From contig CAYULU010000005.1 in NCBI GenBank assembly GCA_964445745.1, forward strand, positions 211 to 64,210: 64,000 nucleotides of DNA, written 5' to 3'. This DNA is from an uncultured bacterium. GTDB lineage: Bacteria > Omnitrophota > Omnitrophia > Omnitrophales > Aquincolibacteriaceae. Both the position numbers and the translations under genes were made by a program. How positions within the stretch are numbered: position 1 is the first letter of the stretch; each line of letters starts with the position of its first letter. This document shows positions 45,601-57,700 of this stretch, piece after piece. The notes under the pieces are model-generated. The model worked only from the letters and a program-made list of their open reading frames with translations. It did not search any database and was not told where the DNA came from.

Positions 45601-46641
45601 ATGAATGAAAGCATCAAGGTGTCAGTGCTTGGGGACGGTGGCTGGGGAACGGCGCTTGCGCTTGTGAACGCAAGGCGCGGGAATAAGGTTTATCTGTGGT
45701 CTGTTTTCCCCGCGTATGCCAGGCACCTTGATAAAAAGCGGGAAAATAGCAAGTTTCTCCCCGGCATCAAACTTCCCAAAACGCTTCACATTACGTCAAA
45801 TCTTAACGAAGCGGTTGCAGCGGCCGATGTTATTGTTCTAGCGATCCCGACTCAGCATCTTCGGAGTGTCCTCATCCACCTTAAAAAATTGTCGCACCAA
45901 GGAAAAATTTTTGTCAGCGCCACGAAAGGGATCGAAAATAAAACCTGTCTCCGTCCTTCTGAAATTGTATATCAGGTCCTGGGGCGAAGTGTTCGACTGG
46001 TCGTTCTTTCCGGGCCTTCACACGCCGAAGAGGTTGCCCGAGGAATTCCGACGTTGACGGTGGCGGCTTCCAAAGATTCCAGAGTGGCGACATTTGTCCA
46101 AGAGTATTTTCGTGATCCTCAGTTTCGTGTTTATGTTCAAAGCGACGTCGTCGGCGTCGAGCTTGGCGGAGCCCTGAAGAATGTGATCGCGATTGCGGCC
46201 GGGGTTTGTGACGGTCTCAAATTTGGGGATAACACCAAGGCCGGTCTCATGACCCGTGGAATTTATGAAATGGTCCGGCTCGGAGTGAAGTTCGGTGCAA
46301 ATCCGGGGACCTTTTTCGGGCTTTCCGGGATCGGGGATCTTATCACCACGTGCTCATCCCGGCACGGCCGTAATCTTTATGTCGGCCGTGAGCTTGGAAA
46401 AGGGCGCACGATGAAGGCGATTTTGGGTGAAATGGCGATGGTGGCCGAGGGTGTGGGGACGGCGCTCAGCGTACATCAGCTTTCGGGGAAATACCCGGAT
46501 CTGCAACTTCCGATTATGGACGAGGTCTATAAAATGCTTTTCAAGGATAAATCCCCGAGGGATGCTGTTTCGACTCTTCTGTCACGAACGCCCTACGATG
46601 AGTGGAAGGCATTCGATCTTTCGTCCTTCAAGTCGAAATAA
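45601..46641 (+). CDS. gpsA: NAD(P)H-dependent glycerol-3-phosphate dehydrogenase
   Basis: MNESIKVSVLGDGGWGTALA...LSGPSHAEEV...ALKNVIAIAAG. The ATG at 45601 follows aagggga; an alternative ATG lies at 45583. Confidence 0.9.
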   Translation: MNESIKVSVLGDGGWGTALALVNARRGNKVYLWSVFPAYARHLDKKRENSKFLPGIKLPKTLHITSNLNEAVAAADVIVLAIPTQHLRSVLIHLKKLSHQGKIFVSATKGIENKTCLRPSEIVYQVLGRSVRLVVLSGPSHAEEVARGIPTLTVAASKDSRVATFVQEYFRDPQFRVYVQSDVVGVELGGALKNVIAIAAGVCDGLKFGDNTKAGLMTRGIYEMVRLGVKFGANPGTFFGLSGIGDLITTCSSRHGRNLYVGRELGKGRTMKAILGEMAMVAEGVGTALSVHQLSGKYPDLQLPIMDEVYKMLFKDKSPRDAVSTLLSRTPYDEWKAFDLSSFKSK

Positions 46642-46646
46642 AAAAA

Positions 46647-46678
46647 AGCCCCGATTCTCATTGCGAGAAATCGGGGCT
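46647..46678. terminator. Hairpin terminator between the convergent gpsA and FadL-like genes
   Basis: agccccgatt (46647-46656) pairs with aatcggggct (46669-46678). An A-run lies upstream, which reads as T8 after the hairpin on the minus strand, so it best fits the FadL-like gene. The T-tract on the plus strand is weaker. Confidence 0.65.
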
Positions 46679-46704
46679 GAATTTCTAGTCAGTTCTAACC
46701 GCGC

Positions 46705-48096
46705 TTACAATCCCGCAGAATTCATTGCGATCGAGGGAGATTCGATTGCGTGCCCCTTATCACCAAATGCTCTCGGGAAAATGTCGTCCCATTTCAGGGT
46801 CATGCTGATCGTAAAGGCCTGAGAGTAAGAAGAGTATCGGCCATCGACTGAGGTGCCCAGGCTTTCGCTAATTTCATTATTGATTCGACGTTTGAAGTAG
46901 AATGAATTGTAATAACTTAATTCAGCTGTCAGGTGTTTGTTGATTTCGTAGGCTGCGCCAATGCTGAGCGAAAGGAAGTTTGAAGAAGGGATCGCTGGTG
47001 TAAAGTGAGTTTTTGGCACGGGCGTCCAATAAAACCAACTTCCGCCTCGAAGTGTTAACTTATCTGTCAACTTATGACTTGCTCCGAGTTGAATCCCAAA
47101 ACTGTCTGTCCAGTCTTTGTCGGCCGACCGGATGGCGTCTAAAATGGCATCATCCATGGCATTTCCAGATGGAGATGTTACGAAGTAAACGCGTTTGTGG
47201 GTGGACCACCGGGACCATGTAAAATCTACTTCGTAATGGGTTTTGGGGGTTGGTTGATAGGCGTAAGCCCAAGTCATATTCATCGGAAGCGAAAGTTTTG
47301 TCTCGACATCCGTCTCATAGTTTCTTAACCCTGCTCCTCCGATCCATCCCGGGATGTTGGAGTTTTCAACTTTGACCTTTCCTTTTAGATCGACAACGAC
47401 AGGACTTCTGAAATAATAGCCGAGACGGTGTTTTTCTTTGATTTTAATCAAGGCACCCATTTGCCATCCCCAGTGGTCTCCAGCGGTGTTGATTCGAACT
47501 TGACCGTCAGGGAGTCCGGGAATAATAGCTTGGTTAGGATAAGCCTGGATTCCGCCAAAATCATAAACACGGTAATACATTGGACCGCCGCCGATATTAA
47601 ACCAGTCGGTGACTTTGATCGCGGCGGTAGGTTTTACCGTGAACATTTTGAGATAATTTTTCCATCCGGTGTAGTGGACGGCAGGGTCGCTTGAATTATA
47701 TTTATTCATTAGACCGAAGGGAGAATCGCTCCCGACGCCGAAAGTCACACGATCACAAAAGATCTTTCCGGGGTTGATGGTAAGGTAACTTGTGGGTATC
47801 ATCGCAAGGGTTCCGGAACTTCGGGTTGAGCCAGTCGTATCGTTGTCTTTAAAAGTCATCAGGCTGATAAAGTTCGCATTGCTTTGAAATTGTATTCCGG
47901 GAAGGTCGGCGATACCGGCCGGGTTATAAGAAATGGCTGCTGGTTCGTCAGGAGTTGCCGTGACGGCACCCCCGGTGCCAAGTTGCTTGGCGCTGAAGGA
48001 CGCGTTTTCAAGGCCTCCTGATCCGACTGCCCAGGCGGACGAAAAGGGTAGAATTGCCAAGCTTAGCATGACGACGATGGTGAGAAGCTTCTTCAT
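46705..48096 (-). CDS. FadL/OmpP1/TodX-family outer-membrane transport protein for hydrophobic compounds
   Basis: 463 aa. The signal peptide is followed by GSGGLENASFSAKQLGTGGAVTATPDEPAAISYNPAGIADLPG, the characteristic N-terminal hatch pattern of the family. Confidence 0.75.
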   Translation of the reverse strand: MKKLLTIVVMLSLAILPFSSAWAVGSGGLENASFSAKQLGTGGAVTATPDEPAAISYNPAGIADLPGIQFQSNANFISLMTFKDNDTTGSTRSSGTLAMIPTSYLTINPGKIFCDRVTFGVGSDSPFGLMNKYNSSDPAVHYTGWKNYLKMFTVKPTAAIKVTDWFNIGGGPMYYRVYDFGGIQAYPNQAIIPGLPDGQVRINTAGDHWGWQMGALIKIKEKHRLGYYFRSPVVVDLKGKVKVENSNIPGWIGGAGLRNYETDVETKLSLPMNMTWAYAYQPTPKTHYEVDFTWSRWSTHKRVYFVTSPSGNAMDDAILDAIRSADKDWTDSFGIQLGASHKLTDKLTLRGGSWFYWTPVPKTHFTPAIPSSNFLSLSIGAAYEINKHLTAELSYYNSFYFKRRINNEISESLGTSVDGRYSSYSQAFTISMTLKWDDIFPRAFGDKGHAIESPSIAMNSAGL

Positions 48097-48326
48097 TATG
48101 GAACTCCCTTGGTGAATGATGGTTATCTAATGTAAAAAGTTTCTATGCACACCTGACCTATTTATCGGATTATAGATAATTTCCTTCATGCTAAAATTAT
48201 AAAATATTATGCTTTCGTGATAAAAATGATAGATCTTATTATTTAATGCTATATTAAAGACTTTATTGACTTGCAAATCAAGTAATTGTCAGTTATAGTT
48301 GCTTTAGAAATAGGAGATTGAAATCG

Positions 48327-48521
48327 ATGTCTTCTGATGAACTCGAAGTCCGGCTTTTGAATATTAAGGACAAAAAACTTGCAACGGAGGTTCGTCGATT
48401 CCTTCTGAACCTCTTTCTCCTTTTTGACGGTCAGCCGCCTGTCCATATACAAAGCCATATCAATGAGATCTTCGATATCCTCGAGACTCAACAACGGGCC
48501 GGAAAAGTAGTTCTCTCATAA
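48327..48521 (+). CDS. Possible small protein (64 aa) upstream of the giant gene (weak call)
   Basis: The ATG at 48327 is preceded by taggagat at good spacing. A weak A/T-rich hairpin plus T-runs follows at about 48572-48605. It competes with an antisense ORF at 48249-48494. No family is recognised. Confidence 0.3.
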   Translation: MSSDELEVRLLNIKDKKLATEVRRFLLNLFLLFDGQPPVHIQSHINEIFDILETQQRAGKVVLS

Positions 48522-48718
48522 CTCAAGTAGTTCCTTGTGCGGGCCTTCCTCAATCTCGAAGTTCGTTTATTAGTAGAAAAGTATCTACTTTTAAAGTTTT
48601 TTAAAAAAAATAATCATGTTTCTTCTACCCATCCCGTTCTTAGCTGGCTATCTTGTAATTCGTGAAATGGTTTCACCTGGATCTTGGGACATTTCAAAAT
48701 GACAAGGAGAGCTCGGCA

Positions 48719-51700
48719 ATGAAAGAAGGGCAAGAGGCGTCTAAGGGAAATACAGAATTTCAAGATTCATTAAAAATGCTGATCCAGCATGTGCGCCAAA
48801 AGATGAGCTGGAGAAAACCTGAAAAAGGGTCTCGTGTTTCCAGGAAGATTAAGCGAATGTCGGAAATTTCCAAGCTCCCCGCGCCTTTTGTAATGGCCAA
48901 ACAAGACGGAAAAAAATTTTTCCGAAGTGTCGCTTTGCTAACGGTGTTCTTTTTTACCTGGAATCAGCTAGGATTTTCGGATGGAACGCTTTTGCTGGAT
49001 TACGAGGTTCCGTTTCAAACCTATGTCTCCTCGGCTGGCGGGGGAGATTCGGATTCAGTTCCACAGGGTTTACTCCCGGATCAGCGATCCCATGAAGATT
49101 TTGGCGCAGAAAGTTTGAGCTTTATTGCAGGAAATTCGCCACTTTCAGCTCCTGATTCTACCAGGCCGGATGAACCGGTCCAGGATTCCGGTATCCGCTC
49201 CCTTGAGGGGTCTCAGTCCGTGACGGCCGGGACTGACGAATGGACGCTTGTGTATCGGGATGTTTCTCTTGAACTTCGCGGAGTGAACACGAATACGGTT
49301 GAAGCGGTTAGTGGGCATTACTACCGCGACACCTACGGCAATCCGTTCTATTACACCGATTACAATTATCGGGGCGGTCTGTTTATGCAAAAGACCGGAA
49401 CGACTTCGGATCTGCATACTTTCCGAGGTTTTATGGAAGTGGACCTTTCAGCGTTGTATGAAGAAGACGTTGATCCGGAGCAAATCGCGCGAGTGGAACT
49501 TGTGTTTGACACTGTTTCGGCAAAGTCCGGTTCTTATGCTTTTTCAATTTATGACATGAATGCGAATGAAGACGGACTTTTCCCATCGGGCAGTGCTTCG
49601 GCCGGGACGCATTACACCGGAAGTTCCTCTTTGGTTCAAAGCGTCAAGAAGAAAACATTCAAAAAAAACGTCTCTCAGCAGAGCACGGTTGACGTCACAG
49701 AATCGGTGCTTCGTGATCTGCGAGCCGGGAAATTGTGGACGGGATTTTTCGCCACGCCTGACTCCACGATGCCGAAGATCCAGCTTTCCAATATCCGGCT
49801 CAAGGTCACCTACGGGAAACTGGTACCGCCTGTGACGGGTACAATCGCGATTAATTCAGGCACCACTTATACTTCGTCCCGCACAGTGAAACTGAATCTT
49901 TCCGCAACGGATAACGGCAGTGGAATGGGGGTTGGTGGGATGAGTTTTTCGAACGACAACATCCACTGGACCTCAATCACCCCCTATGCGAAATCCAAGT
50001 CCTATGAACTGCCGTCCGGGGACGGTGAGAAGACGGTTTATGTCCGTTATTATGATGAAGCCGGCAATGTGAGTGAGACGTATTCCACCTCGATCATTTT
50101 AGACACGAGAGGCCCGAAGGGAAAGATGACGGTAAACGGCGGAGAGAAATACATTCATGAGACTACCGTCACACTGAATCTTTCCGCGATGGATGACGGC
50201 TCGGGAGTGGGGAAGATGTGTTTTTCCTCGGATGGTACTTTCTGGACGGAGGTGGAAGACTATGCGGAGACGAAGGAGTGGACGTTCCCGTCCGGCGACG
50301 GTTACAAGAAGGTGTATGTAAAATTCCAGGACAAATCGGGTCGATGGTCGGTTGTGTCCGGGGTCAAAGTGAAGCTGGACACCCAGATTCCGACGGGCAG
50401 TATCAAAATCAATGCAGGCGCGGCGTATACCTCGTTCTCCAAAGTGAAACTGAATTTTACGGGATCGGATAAGGGAAGCGGAATGTCAGGGGTGAGTTTT
50501 TCTTTTGACGGAACGAACTGGGAGCCGCTGGTTCGTTTTGTATCGTCCAAGTCTGTGGTCTTGCCTGCCGGGGACGGGGTGAAGACGGTTTATGTAAAGT
50601 TTTATGACAAGGCGGGGAATGCAAGCCCTGTTTATTCAGATACGATTATTATGGATACGCTCCCGCCGACCGGGACCGTGGAGGTGAATGGTGGCGCCCG
50701 ATTTATTAATCAGCCAGATGTTACTTTAAATCTCAACGCGGTGGATGAAGGTTCGGGTCTCAGCAAGATGCGTTTTTCGAGTAATGGAACGACCTGGACG
50801 AGCGCGGAGAACTATTCGGAGACGAAGGCGTGGACCTTTCCGTCCGGGGACGGTGCCAAGAAAGTGTACGTAAAATTCCAGGACAATAGAGGCCGGTGGT
50901 CGTCGGTTACATCGGTGACAGTGACCCTGGATACGGTTGCTCCGTTGGGCTCGATTGCGATGAACGGCGGTGCGGCGTATACGAACAATCGCGAGGTGAT
51001 GTTGACCTTGTCGGGGACGGATAACGCGAGCGGTGTCTGTCAAATGAGTTTCTCAACCAACGGTACCACGTGGAGTATGGCAGAGGCCTATCAAACCACG
51101 AAATCCTACGTGCTTCCTTCCGGAGACGGGCGGAAGACGGTGTATGTCCGCTATTACGACACGGCTGGAAATGTGAGTATGGTCTATTCCAAATCCATTA
51201 TTTTGGACGTGACCCCGCCGGCGGTTGTCATTGATGTCGAGACGCCAAGTTTGATCAATGTCAAAACGATGATGATCAATTACACGTCGGATGCCATTGC
51301 GAAAACCAAGACATTTGCAGATCTGAAGGAAGGCGAGAATACACTTTCGATCATAGAAAACGACTCTGCCGGAAACCAGGCCATTGCAACCTGGCAAGTG
51401 GTGGTTGACACGATGGCTCCCGCGCTTGTGATTGACGCGACCACACCGAGCTTGATCAATGTCAAGACGTTGACGGTAAACTACACTTTGGACGGGGTTT
51501 TGAAAACGAAGACGTTTTCCGGGCTTTTGGAAGGTGAAAACACGCTTGTGATTACGGAAACGGATCTCGTGGGTAACTCATCGACCACAATCTGGAAAGT
51601 CGAAGTCGATACGATTGCTCCTTCTGGGACGATTGTACTGAACGACGGAGAGTCAGAAACGGGGTCCTGTTCTGTGACCGTTTATGTCAATGTTACGGAT

Positions 51701-54700
51701 AATCGGGTGCTGAAAGATATCCGGTTTTCAACTGACGGTGGCGTGACCTGGTCGGCATGGGAGGCGCATGCTTTTGTGAAGACAGTGACGTTGCCCGAAG
51801 GAGAAGGCGAGAAAGAAGTGCTCTGTCAGGTGCGCGATGAAGCGGGGAATGTCGCCCATTTTTCAGATACGATCCAGTATGCAGTGACGCCACAACTGCA
51901 ATTTCTTTCAGATCCAGTTGTGAACGATCCTCTTTATACGCTCCGCTATATTGTGGATGATAAGGAGCGTGAGGAAACGTGGTTGCTCCAACCCGGAGAA
52001 AACCGGCTGATCGTAAAAACAGGAGTAGCTTCTTCCCAGCGTTTTTTTGAATATGCCGTGACGCTTGACCGGATGGAAGACCCGCTTTCCCCCATGCCGG
52101 AGGTCCCGGTTTTGTCGAATGACCTGGTTTCCATGACTGCTACAAACGGGCTGATTCTGAAATATTCCCGAGGGGAGCTTGTCGCGATTGAAAAGTCAGG
52201 GGCATACACACTCTATCCGACGGAATTCGATTCTCAAAACGAACTTGTCGACGGACTTCTTGTGTTTGCCGATGGCGGTAAACTGCTCTATGAAAACGGT
52301 AGGGCTGCTTATCGCTTAAGCGAGGCCGGTGAGCTGACCACGTACAATGCTGACGGGACTGTCGCGTGTGTCGCATTGGCGGATGGCAAAAAGGTTCGCT
52401 TCGCGTACCGGTATGGTGATGCGGGGGAAATCCTTTCGATCATAAGTTATGACGAAGATGCTACAGGGTTTTATGGAAGCGATTCGAAACCTTTCTGGAT
52501 CAAAAAAAATGACGGAACGGTCATGACCTACCATGAAGGTTTCCTGAAATCCTACCAGGATTCTGCGGGAAATGTTTTTCACTACCAAGTGTCCTCCCTT
52601 TATGAATCGGAACAGCTGACGGGGTATCGATCCGACCTTGCTTTTGTAAGCGTACCTGATGATGGCGAATTAATTCCGTTAGCGGTAGTGCTTGCCAATC
52701 CTAATGATTATGTGTCTGTCCGGGCCACGTTGGAAAACGATTTGTCTCTGACGATGGAGTATGACGTAGCCGGTATGATGAAAAAGGTGGTGTCCGGGTC
52801 GGGAGAAGTACTTGAACTTCAAAAAGGTTTACCGGTTTCTTTTACAAACCAAGCGGGGGAGACTTTGACGGTCCGGACGGATCTTTCAGAAAACCAAGAG
52901 CTTCTTTCCATTTCTTTAGGGGGGAGCAATATTCAGCAGGAATATGACGGCGATGGAAATCTGACGGGGATTCGTTTAAACGATGGTACGACCTTCAGAA
53001 TCCGGGAGCTTGGACTTGATCGTATCGTTCTTGAGGACGGGAGTGATTTGAGTGAGCTTGTTTGGAACGGGAGCCGTTTGACGGGTTTTCGGAAGACGGA
53101 TCCGGACGGAAGGGTTGAGATCTACCAGAACTCCAGGATGACGGAACGCATCGAACCAGACGGCAGTCAGACGTTTTTTGTTGATGACTCCGGCGCCAGG
53201 GAGCCTGAAGAAATCCTGACTTCAGATGGTCGAACTTACCAGGTGATCAGGTTTCCGAACGCGGAAGGGTTAACTCAGAGGTTAGCCCAACTTAAGAGCG
53301 TCGATCTTCCCGACGGAACCCGGATCGAAATTGAGGATGGGAAACCGGTCCGCTACATTCAGACCCGACAGATCCAGATCGAAGCTTTTGAGGTCCCTGA
53401 ACTTGTAACAGGGGAATCATTTGTACCGTTGATCGAGCTCCCCGACGCGCAGCTCCGGTCTCTTACCGTGAATTCGGACGGTTTTATTTATAGCGGCGAG
53501 ATCCTTTTTAATGATGGCACTCAATATTTGATCGAGAACAACAAAATCGCGAGGCAAATAGCCCCCGACGGACAATTTGTGGAATTTTCGAAAGAAATAA
53601 CATCCGTGCCGCCGCAACCAGGTGTTCCTCCGGAACCGCTGACGGAACCGGAGATGGAATACCGGAATCATTTGATTGAGTCACAGATGGATTATTTCGT
53701 GGATGGGGCCGGGATTCAAACTGCTACGGGTTTCCCGGTGGATAACTATCAGGGAGAAAACGATCAGCTGTCCGATTACAGCCAGTCTACTTTGGTTGGA
53801 TTTTGGGCGGAAATTCTCGCGGCGATTGCCACGGGGGATTATCAAACCTCCAGGATGACTCAGACTCAGGCATTTGAAAGGCTTGATCAGCTCCTTATCA
53901 ACTACCGGGAAGTTCAGAAACAGGTGGGATGGAACGGGATGGTTGCTTTTTTCAAAATGGTGGAAATCGAGGAGCCTGTGCTTGATTCTCTGGGGGAACC
54001 CACGGGTGAAACCCGAAACGTGATCCATTATCAAAACTGCTTCAACCAGTACGGGTTTGGAGATGCGGTCAATCTTTCGGTCAGTCTGGCCAGTGTGATC
54101 GGCGCCTTGCGAGGAAAGAATTGGGAACTGGAGAGTGCCGCTACTTGTGCCCGGATCCTCTCCTCGGCGAATGAAATCCTCGAGGCGCAGGAACCCGGAT
54201 ACGCGGCATTTTACGATCCTGTGAAAAAACGATTTCATGGCGCCTATGCCCAGGATCGTTCGACGGGGACATGGTCATTTGTGAAAGATTACTACATTGA
54301 CCGGGTTTTCAATGAGTTTCGGCCCGGCGTGGCCTGGGTCGCGGCAAAGTATCCGCAATATCAGCAAGCCTTTGAGAATCTTGATGTTACGCTTCGCGAT
54401 TACCAAGCTGGTGACGGAACCCAGATGGAAATCGCCGCGCCTTTTGACGGGGGAGCGTTCCAGATGTTTTGGCCGCTCATTCATGTGGATGAGACCCGGT
54501 ATCCGGAGTTTGAGACTGCGCTTCGGAATTTCCTTTATGCCCAGGCAGATTTTACAAGCCAGAACGGGATTCCCGGATTGCTTTCGGCAGGAGACCGTCC
54601 GGGCTCGGGCTACGAAGGAAAGATCGGTCTTTCGTCCGCGGCCGAAGCCGATGACCTGAAGTTCGATGACATTGGTTCTCTTTACGGGACGGCGTCCGCT

Positions 54701-57700
54701 TTCGGGGTGGCACCGCATTACACGCTTCAATTTTTTAAAAATATTGAAACAGCATTCCCCGAGATTCTGACTAGCACAGGTTTTGTGGACGCGATCCGGA
54801 TGCAAACAGTGACTTCCACGGACCCGGTGACGAAGGAGACGGTTACAAAAGAAGAACCGGTTTTTTCAACGCAATATTTTGGTGTCGATCAGGCGTCTTT
54901 TATCCTTTCTCTTCTTAAGACGAGCCAAAAATATTTTGATCAATATTTGAACCAGGAGGGGATAAAGCAGGAATTCGACGGCTTGTACGAGTCGATCCAG
55001 CTTAATTTGAAGCCGGCAAATTCCGGAGGCCTTTCCGTTCCGCCGGCATGGGGGGATTCTTTGGCACAGCTTTATGACGGTGACAGTCTTGCCCCGGATG
55101 GTCTCTCGGCACCGCTTGTCCGTGAAGCGAGCTTTGTCCCCGTTATCTTTGATCCGGAATTGGGTTCCGGGAGAATATTTAATTATCGTCAGGAGAGCGA
55201 AACATTTCATCACAGTGAGATTGAGTTCGGGGAAGAACCTGATGTCAGAAGCCTGGGGGTTCAGGAATATCTGATGCTTCCGGGGCGAGCAGACGTTGGC
55301 CGGGCTTTGCTAGGAGGGTATCAGCTGGATCTTTATAACCAGGCTGGCGCTTCAGGTGTTTTCTACGCGCCTGACCAAGGCTATGCGGAAAGCATGCTGA
55401 TGCGCGACCCGGAGATGGGTGAGGTCCGGCGCGTGATTTTTAATTTCCAGCAACCCGCCCACGCGGTTGGACTCTGGAATAATTACCGGGCGAATCAAAT
55501 AGATATTGGCCAGTTTGATTTTTTGTCGATCCCGGTGCGCGTGGAAGACGATACTCCCGAGAACCTCCGGTTGAAATTTGAGTTTAAGGGGACCGGAAAT
55601 ATTTTTGTGACGGACACGCTCCGGCACGGCTGGCAATACATCACGATCCCGGTGGCGAAGCCTGTGACTGGAAAGGCTTATGAGATTGCCACGGTGATTC
55701 AGTCGGTCGACGGCCAGCCCGTCAAAGGCGGACTTTATCTTGGGCCGCTCTCGGGTTTTAAGGTTCGAACGTCCAATGAGCTGGAGTGGAGTACGATGCT
55801 TGGAAAAACGGCGATTGAGATGCAGACCCTTATCCGGAGCAAGATCGCGACCCAGGCCTTGGGAGCCGGCTTGAAAACCGTCGAGGAAGTCCTGGAAGAT
55901 TTCACTCTGGATTCGAAAGGAAATTTGATCGATGGAACCTTGAGGCGAGCCGACGGAAGTATTCAGTATTTTCGTGACGGACTGATGACGAAATGGATTT
56001 TCCGGAACGGCCGGACGGTGCTTTACGAAAAGGGGATCGCGAATTTTATCGTGGATCTTTCTCGCGGCAGGCTTGAAACGGGACGGTTCTATTACGATCA
56101 GGATCTTAAAGGGGACATTCATTCCTTTAATATCCAGGATAATGAACGGAAGCGAATCTTCGGAGCGGATGGGACACTCCAGACACTTGTCCAGGACGGA
56201 CAATTTGTGGATTTTGAAAACGGAGAGATTGCTTCGATCCGGACTCCTCAGGGAACCTTGACTGATCTGGAGTTTGCGGATGATGGAAGCCTTCTTAAGG
56301 CCCATGCCGTGATGAATGACGGACGCACTTTTGATATTGATCAAAAGACGGAACAAAGCGTGGATATGGGAAATGGGGTTACATTGTATTACCAGGGACT
56401 GGTGATCACGGCGGTTGAAACTTCGCAGAACGGAAGGACCGACCTGGCCTACACTTACGACTCTATGGGGCGAATCACGGGAGTGAACGCGACATTTACG
56501 GATCAGGAGCAAACCCGGACACTCTCGTTTTTCGAATATATCCAGCGGCCGGAACGTTTGCTTGAAAAAAGTCATCTCATGGGAAGTGCGTTTGATGTTT
56601 TCTCCGTGGCGGGAGTTGGCGGTTTTAGTGTGGGGACCTTGGCCAATGGCGAGATCACCTGGGGACTGGGAGGTGATTATGGGTACGATTCCAAGGCCCG
56701 GTACCGGTTTAAATATCTTTCCGAATCCGGTCCGACGCTTGGCATGTGCATGAGCCATACCGACTCTCCGCTCCAGATCTCGGATTACGGATTTCTAAGT
56801 TTGACCGTCCGCCAGGATCCCTCGATGAACTGGAACCAGGATTTTGTGCTGAAGCTAAAGTCGCCGTCCTACAAGACCCTTTACACCTTCAGCCTTGATA
56901 GCACGGTAAACGGTGATCAGACTTTCTGGTTCTCGCTGGAGGATAAGGCCGGGCTTGAGGGGGAGATCACGCTCGAAGTGATCCGGCAAAAAGAAGGCGT
57001 CGGCAAAACCGGAACAATTTATCTCAAAGACCTCTCCTACATGAATATTAAAAATTTAGAGCACCCGATCTGGGAGAATGAACTTGGAATTCTTTCGTCC
57101 CAGATCCGGAACTTCAAAATTGAGTCGGATAACCTTACGGATGTGGGAGCAGGGATCGCGACGAAAGAAGCGGTCCGTTATGAGGCCCTCGTGCCATACC
57201 TGGATACCCCGACCCGGATTTTTTATACCGATACTCAAGGTTCCGAGAATCAACTTGTTAACTTTACCCGTTTAGACGGAAGTCAGGTTGAGCTTGAGGG
57301 CGAACACGTGAGCCGTCTGATTCTTCCTGACGGAACCGTTAACGAATATTCGTCCAACTTTCAAAACTCGACCCAGGGAACGATCGAAGGGCCCGGCGAG
57401 GTCCTTGGAGGAACTTTTGACTACAGGTATGGGGCGCTTCGCCGGATAACCCAGGCGGACGGACGGCAATATGATCTTTCCTACGAATTTGACATGGACG
57501 GGCAAGAGATCACCGTCTTTAAAGATGTCCTGAGCGGGGAAGAACGAAGATTCAGGGATGGAAAACTCGTGAGCGCACAGGATGAAAGCGGTCTCCGGAC
57601 GGATTACGAGTATCATGACGGGACATTGATTGGGGCGGAAATGACCTACCGCGACCGGGTCCTGAACAGCACCCAGTATGCTTATCAGAATGAAGGGACC

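Noticed and set aside
48249-48494. An 81-aa minus-strand ORF in the A+T-rich region upstream of the giant gene.
   Set aside because: It is mutually exclusive with the plus-strand small ORF, which has a much better RBS. Neither has homology I recognise. Only the plus-strand one was kept, and only as a weak call.
49825-51890. Tandem DNA repeats considered as a possible CRISPR array or as a DGR variable region.
   Set aside because: The repeats are about 280 bp long, in-frame, and encode Ig-like domains with no spacer-like unique inserts. No reverse transcriptase, template repeat or cas genes occur in the window.
55352-56758. A 468-aa ORF antisense to the giant gene. Similar long antisense ORFs occur at 39351-40361 (336 aa, opposite ftsH), 22434-23360 (308 aa, opposite hss), 13837-14526 (229 aa, opposite argJ), 44350-44988 (opposite dnaJ) and 1112-1813 (opposite int).
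   Set aside because: Each lies entirely inside a sense-strand gene with unmistakable conserved motifs. Their translations are low-complexity and rich in R, P and S, with no recognisable motifs. This is a typical stop-codon-poor antisense frame in G+C-moderate coding DNA.
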